A stretch of DNA of 64,000 nucleotides from Octopus vulgaris (Eukaryota). Both the position numbers and the translations under genes were made by a program. This document shows, piece by piece, positions 56,284-64,000 of this stretch; position 1 is the stretch's first letter, and each line of letters starts with the position of its first letter. The stretch is from positions 146,692,001 through 146,756,000 of the forward strand of contig OX597817.1 of assembly GCA_951406725.2 (NCBI GenBank), given 5' to 3'. A model generated the notes under the pieces. That model had not been told where the DNA came from and ran no database searches. It saw only the letters and a program-made list of their open reading frames with translations.

Positions 56284-56724
56284 GCGGGTTGCACACACTA
56301 CAGTTACTATCTGTCAACTTTCACTCAAGGCATTGGTCAACCAATGCTATAGTCGACGGCATCCCAAAGTGCAAAGCAGTGGGCCCGAGCCCGGAAGCTT
56401 TTAGTTGCAAAATAATTTCTTAAGAATCCCATAGCTATTTTATTTTAATGGCCCCTGGGAAGCGTGAACACAAGATACATATTTCAAAGACAAGGTATAC
56501 TTTATTGCCGTTAAATCTACGGAAGTATTTATATTGGGGATGATGTGGAGGCGCATGGCTTAGTGGTTACGGTGTTGGACTCATGATCGTAAAATTATGG
56601 TTTCGACTCCTAGACCGGGCGATGCATTCTGTTATTGAGCAAAACATTTCATTTATTTTTGCTTCAGTTCACTCACATGGTAAGAATCAGTGATCCGGTG
56701 AAGGACCGGCGTCCCGTCCAAACA

Positions 56725-56774
<50 letters not shown>

Positions 56775-56777
<3 letters not shown>

Positions 56778-57118
56778 AATAACGAGGGAGGTAAATTGAA
56801 TATTAATTTAATTAATATCAATTTAATACCAGTAGCCTAGCATATATAAAAAAAATCTGAAAAAATCAGAAAAAAATTTCAATACATGCGTATATTCAGG
56901 GATAACCACTAGGTGGATAACCAATATGCTAGAAGAAGATCCCATACGATCTAACTACAAAGAAAAGAATGTTCTCTAGAGGAATTCAGCAAACCATGTT
57001 TTGGTCTTGCCCGCTTGTGTTCTGGTGTTTGCTGAATTCCTCTAGAGAACATTCTTTTCTTTGTAGTTAGATCGTATATGATCTTTTTCTAGCCTATTGA
57101 TATCCACCTAGTAGTTAT

Positions 57119-57122
<4 letters not shown>
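56775..57122. mobile_element. Fold-back member of the 47114-48072 family, (TA)n-flanked
   Basis: 56775-56994 homologous to 47114-47350; arms 56898-56994 / 57027-57122. Confidence 0.82.
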
Positions 57123-57185
<63 letters not shown>

Positions 57186-57448
57186 TTTTATATTTTATAT
57201 TCGTGTGGCATCGTCCGTTTTTCTGTCCCTGTTTTGTATACATTCGATCCTTCTTCCAAGAAATCTAATGCTCGTAGCTTAGTTTTTTCCTTGGGGCTAG
57301 CCGGATAGGAGCGATCTCAAGATTAATCAGCCGAAATTGCTAGGATGATCCGGTTCTTGACTGAAGATTGAAGGGTTCGAATGTCCCGTCCGTATTTTTT
57401 GTATCGTCTTCTAAATGTTTTACATTCTTGTCCCAGTTTGTATTTTTC

Positions 57449-57533
<85 letters not shown>

Positions 57534-58441
57534 CATCAGAGAAACCATGAAATCGGCTCTGTGCTCCCCTCCGAGTAATGTGGACTGATAATTTATCTTG
57601 AGAATTCCAATGGCAATGTTGGTCCCAACTACATTTGAACTTAGATCAATAAGATTCATTACTTAATTCCGAATACTATCGTCTCTGCCATTTCGTCACC
57701 CTTAAAAGTAAATAAAATATTGAAACAATGCTAAATACAAATATAGAATTGGTACACAATAAAAAACCCCATAATATATTCATTTATGCATATGCATACA
57801 CACGTACAAACGCACCGCAAAGCATATCTATAAGCATACAGACAAACACAAATACATACATACTCAATCACATACACACGTAGAAATAGAGCTATTCAGA
57901 TACTCACACGCGCAAGCAGATGATATTAACCGCCATTGAAATACATTTTTGTTTACCTTCAAAAACGAGTAAACAATATCTTAAGAAGCTTTACACATGC
58001 ACAGTGACACACATATACAGTTCCTTCAATGTCTATTTATATGGAGATCGACAACAAAAACAACAACAACAATCAACACCCGAACTACAATAAAAGACGA
58101 CAACAACAGGAAGATCTACAGCAGCTGCCGCATCAATATCTACAACAATAAAGACAACAACAACAGCTTCGAGAACAGCAGCAACTATAACAACATGATA
58201 GTATTGTAGATAGAATTGAGAGGGCGTAAGACTTACTTAGCAAATGTTAGAATTCATAAATTTAAGTCATCCAACACAGTCTAAACTTTTTATTCTTTAG
58301 ACAAAGCTTTTACTGTTTTTCGTCTCTCACACTCTCCCTTTCTCACATCCTCTCTCTCACTTCTCTCTCTATATGCATATACACACATATTCTTTTATAT
58401 ATACATACATATATATATATATATATACATATGGTATATAT

Positions 58442-58500
<59 letters not shown>

Positions 58501-58554
58501 TATGTATATATATATATATACATATATATATATGTATATATATATATGTATATA

Positions 58555-58652
<98 letters not shown>

Positions 58653-58990
58653 AACGATAAAAATCTACACAATTGTCTTACAAATATACTCAGACGCATT
58701 CATAAATAGAGTACAAAATATGTGTGTGTGTGTTTGTGTTTGTGTGTGTGTCTGTGTGCGCGCGTATGCTTTCTCTTTATGTGAAGCCGTACATAACAAT
58801 TTAGCACTAAACTGAAGGATCGCCCAATACTTCTTAGTAAAGGATATATTCTTAAAATCTAGCAAGGGAAAGACCGACAGTGACTTCGAAGTTTCGGCTT
58901 AATAACCATAATCAATCTGATGTCGGCGAGTAAGTTGAAATACATACACACACATACACATATATATATATATGCAGATAAATATACACA

Positions 58991-59044
<54 letters not shown>

Positions 59045-59794
59045 TACACATACACACAAATATACGTATATGCATGTATTTTACACTTGCACACGCACAC
59101 GCATATACACACGTACACACACATACACATGTACACACTTATATTTATAGAAGGAAGGCAGTGCAAACCAGGATACCTGAAACAAGTATAACGTAGAAAC
59201 ACCTGCAGTTATTTGAAAGCTTTTATCTGTAAGATTGCAGGTGATGACGAAACAGCGCAATATTCTCTTACATAGATTGAAAAATAACCGGAAATTTTCT
59301 TACCGATGTGTTTCAGAGATTATGGTCTCCTTTTTAGAAAAGCTGCACATTTTATTCTTCAGCAACACAGGAAAGTAGTAATTTAAAGTGCTTTATTTTA
59401 ACACACACACACATGTTAGGATTGGAGCATGCAAAAAATAAAAGAATACAGACACACACATATATGATAGGGCTGGAACATGTAAAAGAATAAAAGAATA
59501 CACACACACATGTTCTATCTTCTAACTCTGTTAAACTATTTAAGAAAAATTATAATAATGTGTCCTACTTGTTAAAAAATTCTATATTTTGTGCAGCTGA
59601 AGATAGCACTGCAGTTAAACTGATGTAATAATTACATTGTTCAATTAAATGGAACCGCCTGAAACGGTCGTACTGCATTACTTGATATCCTGTTACTTAT
59701 TTTGATTTTATTCACCTTCGAGCTGTGCGGATAATAGCGGACTGACTTGATACTCCAACTTAAGTACCTAATTCAACTGAATCTTAATTATTTC

Positions 59795-59904
<110 letters not shown>

Positions 59905-60247
59905 TAGGGCTGGAACATGTAAAAGAATAAATGAATACACACACACACTTATATGATGAAATCTCTCATCGAAGACGACGTATGAGCATTCAGCTTTTGC
60001 CGAACGACCTGTACATACGATTTGTTTATAGAGACCAAATGTTCGTGCCGCACATTAGCTCACCCTCTCCATCAAATCGACGTTGCCTGAACAGGTACAC
60101 GGTGTGATCGCAGTCGGAGTGATCGCAGTCGGAGTGATCGCAGAGCAAATCAAGAGGAAGCTTTTGCTGAAGAGCATAACGCACCACCCGGTCTAGGAAT
60201 TGAAACCACCATCTCGCGATCGTGAGTGCAACACCCTAACCACTAAG

Positions 60248-60334
<87 letters not shown>

Positions 60335-61312
60335 CAGTCCTTGAACAAAAATTGTATGCACATTTTGCTTTGACGGTTAATGGCGGCCAAACCGATGCTA
60401 GGATCGAGCTGAAAATTGGCAGGGATACTAAATGCGTGGTGAGGATGAGACCCGCGATGGTTAAAACTCGCAAGCTATAAAGATGTGGTTGCTATGGCAA
60501 AAGAGTGAAAATTCATCGTTTTTAAACGGACTTTGACAAGTGTTTGTTGTTTCTCACTTACGGTTATTACCCTTTCTTCTTCTATCTCTCTCTTTCCCCC
60601 TTCCCTCCTCTTTATATCTATAACGGCTTTTGACAGCTTCTACTCACTCTCTTTCCCTCTCCGTATTCGCTGTCTCTCTGTCGCTCTTTCTTCCCAGCCT
60701 CTCTCTCTCTGTACGTCTTTCTGTATCTATAGAGAGAAAGCGTTGAAAGCCGAAAGTGTGATTAATGGAGAGGAATAAAATAGTAAATAATTCTATTGTG
60801 TCGGAAATATATTTCACTCTCTTGAAGTTTAAATATTCCCACTACAGGGCTTTTACCACGGTGAATTATTATCGCCCACCACCACCGCAGAATAATGACA
60901 ACAGATATTATTAATCAGATATTTATTATGTTAATTTATAATTTATATATATATAATGTGTGTTTATATAAAGTGTATATATCGATATTTGGATATATAT
61001 GTGTGTATATATATATATAATGTGTATACATATGTATACATAATGCGTATATATATATGCGTGTGTATGTATATAATGCATATATATGTGCATATATATT
61101 TAATGTGTATGTATATATATAATGTGTGCATATGTGGTCGGATTGAGGTGAAAATTTGCACACCTATGTTAAAAGTGCTGGCGAGTTTGCTCATTTGAAA
61201 CGCGTGGCCTATAGAGCAACATTGTTCATCTTTTAAAATGTGGCCAGCGTAGACCCGAATGAAACTGGGTTATAATACCGAAACAAGTAAAACAATAATA
61301 AACTATTTTAAT

Positions 61313-61339
61313 CCCGAGCAAGGCCGGGTTTGTCTTCTA

Positions 61340-61340
<1 letters not shown>
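61313..61340 (+). mobile_element. Helitron 3' terminus
   Basis: CCCGAGCAAGGCCGGG hairpin followed by CTAG|T. Confidence 0.6.
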
Positions 61341-61417
<77 letters not shown>

Positions 61418-61419
61418 GT

Positions 61420-61667
61420 AAGATATATAGGGTAGCGAATATTCCTAGAAATTTGACCACCAGTGGCCTAGCATGTATAAAAAGTCAATAGACAACATAT
61501 TCTTAATATAAAATAGTATACATTTAAACACAAGAGAAAACTACCTTTAACAGGTAATTTTTACATGCTAGAAGAAGCTTTGGTAGCTTTGACTGCTTCT
61601 TCTAGCGTGTAAAAATTACCTGTTAAAGGTAGTTTTCGCTTGTGTTTAAATGTACACTATTTTATAT
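61420..61667. mobile_element. Fold-back pLTR-like element, ~73-bp arms, (TA)n-flanked
   Basis: 61506-61578 inverted at 61595-61667; shares CCAGTGGCCTAGCAT and TGCTAGAAGAAG motifs with the 47114 and 56775 elements. Confidence 0.78.
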
Positions 61668-61678
61668 ATATATATCGT

Positions 61679-62037
61679 AGCACTCCGTCGGTTATGACAA
61701 CGAAGGTTCCGGTTGATCCGATCAATGGCACAGCCTGCTCGAGAGTGAAATTAACGTGCAGGTGACTGACCACTCCACAGACGTAGTTCTCGGGGAGGTT
61801 CGGCGTGACACAGAGTGTGACAAAGCTGGCCCTTTGGAATACAGGTACAGCAGAAAGAGGGAGAAAGAGTGAGAGAAAGTTGTGGTGAAAGAGTACAGCA
61901 GGGTTCGCCTCCACCGGAGCATCGTGGAGCTTTAGGTGTTTTCGCTCAACAAACACTCACAACGCCCGTCTGGGAATCGAAACTGTGATCCTACGACCGC
62001 GAGTCTACTGCTGTAACCACTGGGCTATTGCGTCCCC
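61679..62037 (-). mobile_element. SINE family C, full length
   Basis: Reverse complement of 27402-27770. Confidence 0.88.
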
Positions 62038-62053
62038 CCCACATATACATATA

Positions 62054-62284
62054 TAGTAAAGATTGTTTGCCAACGTAACATGGCAGTCCTGGTTTAGGAC
62101 TAATGTTTCTGTAATTAGCCCCAGAAGACATCTAGCATCCTCACTCAGATTCCTTTGTTCGAAAATGTAAGGACACAGATCGTGTCGTATAGCCAGCTGG
62201 AAACGATGTCTCCTTGGGCTAAATTACAGCAACATTCCTCCTAAATCAGGACTGCCATGTTATGTTGGCAAAAAATCTTTACTA
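62054..62284. repeat. Fold-back, ~78-bp arms
   Basis: tagtaaagattgtttgccaacgtaacatggcagtcctg / caggactgccatgttatgttggcaaaaaatctttacta. Confidence 0.82.
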
Positions 62285-62353
62285 CAAAATACTGTTGCTG
62301 AATATCTCACGTTGTGAGACTTAAAAATAGTAATTTTCTTATATATACATACT

Positions 62354-62730
62354 TACTCTTTTACTCTTTTACTTGTTTCAGTCATTTGACTGCGGCCATG
62401 CTGGAGCACCGCCTTTAGTCGAGCAAATCGATCCCAGGACTTATTCTTTGTAAGCCTAGTACTTATTCTATCGGCCTCTTTTGCCGAACTGCTAAGTTAC
62501 ACCAGCATCGGTTGTCAAGCGATGTTGAGGGTGGGGACAAACACAGACACACATACATACATATATACGACGGGTTTCTTTCAGTTTCTGCCTACCAAAT
62601 CCACTCACAAGGCTTTGGTCAGTCCGAAGTTATAGTAGAAGACACTTGCCCAAGGTTCCACGCAGTGGGACTGAACCCGAAACAATTGTGGTACGTAAGC
62701 AAGCTACTTACCACACAGCCACCTTTTACC
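62354..62730 (-). mobile_element. SINE family A, near full length
   Basis: Homologous to 21325-21775. Confidence 0.88.
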
Positions 62731-63831
62731 TGTGCTAGTTATTAGACCTCGGATATGCTGGGATGCTGCCTATATACTTCTTTCTTCGTATTTTTAATCA
62801 ATATAATTATCATCCCTTCTGTTATCAGATTATAGCAAAATGGCTGCTCGCTTCATCCGTCTCTAAGCGCTTTACATGAACCGGCTGCTCTATAAAGAGA
62901 CAACTTGCTCTAAATTTCTCCTTTATTTTCTCCTGACGAACTTGAACTTCAGTGAAACATTTCTCCTCATATTGAGTGATTTAAATGATATTTATCATGA
63001 GAAATTTTCAAGCAGTAAAAATTGTGTTGTTTCTCCAGAATTCTTGAATGTATCATGTATAACCGTACACATACTTCAATAGCTCTATTGTCTACGGTAT
63101 ATCTACGATGTTTACGACAATATCGAGCACTCTCTATGAAACATTTATACATTAACTAGCTGTAACATTGATTATATTATGAAACAGAATCACAACTCTC
63201 TCTCTCACACACACATGCTATACATGCACATATATATATACATAAACACACATATCTATATAAACATACATAAGAGTGTGTGTCTATATATATTTATTTA
63301 TACATATACATGTGTGTGTGTGTGTGTGTGTGTGTTTGTGTATACATATGCATATGGATGGCAACCTTAAAAATAAAATTATCGGTTATTTTTTTCGATT
63401 AAATATAACTTTATTACACATTATCTCTGATTGAAAGGAAAGAAAAAAAAATACTTATTCCTCGAAGGAATATTGTAAACACGTTCTCAATATATTGCAA
63501 AGCAATAGAATATATTAAGACGCACAATCAAACACATGAAAATACAAACACAAAAACTTCCTGAAAAAACACGGAAAGAAAAACAGGAAAAAAATTGTAT
63601 AAAAAAATCCAACTTAAACAAACAACGTATATACACAATCGCACACACAAGTATATATACACATACAAAACTTCAACGCATTATATATATATGCTTATGT
63701 GTATGTATGTATATATGTTTATGTGTATGTATGTATGTATGTATATATGTATGTATGTATGGATGTGTGTATGTGTGTGTGTGTTCTACCCAGAAAGACA
63801 CACACATTTGTGTCATGAAATAGCTGCATTT

Positions 63832-63911
<80 letters not shown>

Positions 63912-64000
63912 CATATATGTATTATAAATATATATATATTTATATATAATTATATATATATACATATATGTATTATAAATATATATATATATATACACAC

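Overview
Eukaryotic, AT-rich, microsatellite-saturated non-coding DNA. The SINE families and repeat landscape look like an octopod cephalopod (inference from recall, not a database result). No host protein-coding gene can be called confidently; one candidate micro-exon lies at 16278-16324 (-). Nearly all long ORFs are non-LTR retrotransposon remnants: three CR1-type LINEs, two Tx1/L1-type copies, two R4/Dong-type 3' ends, RTE fragments and a Penelope-like (PLE) reverse transcriptase. Helitrons, hAT/piggyBac/mariner/Tigger-type MITEs and three tRNA-derived SINE families (called A, B, C here) are also present. The main unannotated signal is about 20 minimal type I hammerhead ribozyme (HHR) motifs, intact or decayed, from several sequence families. 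They sit in short non-coding elements that mostly end at (TA)n tracts and occur either as fold-back inverted repeats or as a direct tandem with two intact HHRs 546 nt apart. This is consistent with a Penelope pseudo-LTR / retrozyme-like system. A second pattern is that different retroelement clades occupy different microsatellites: (TA)n, (ATCT)n, (TAA)n and (TGA)n. All coordinates and alignments were read by eye.
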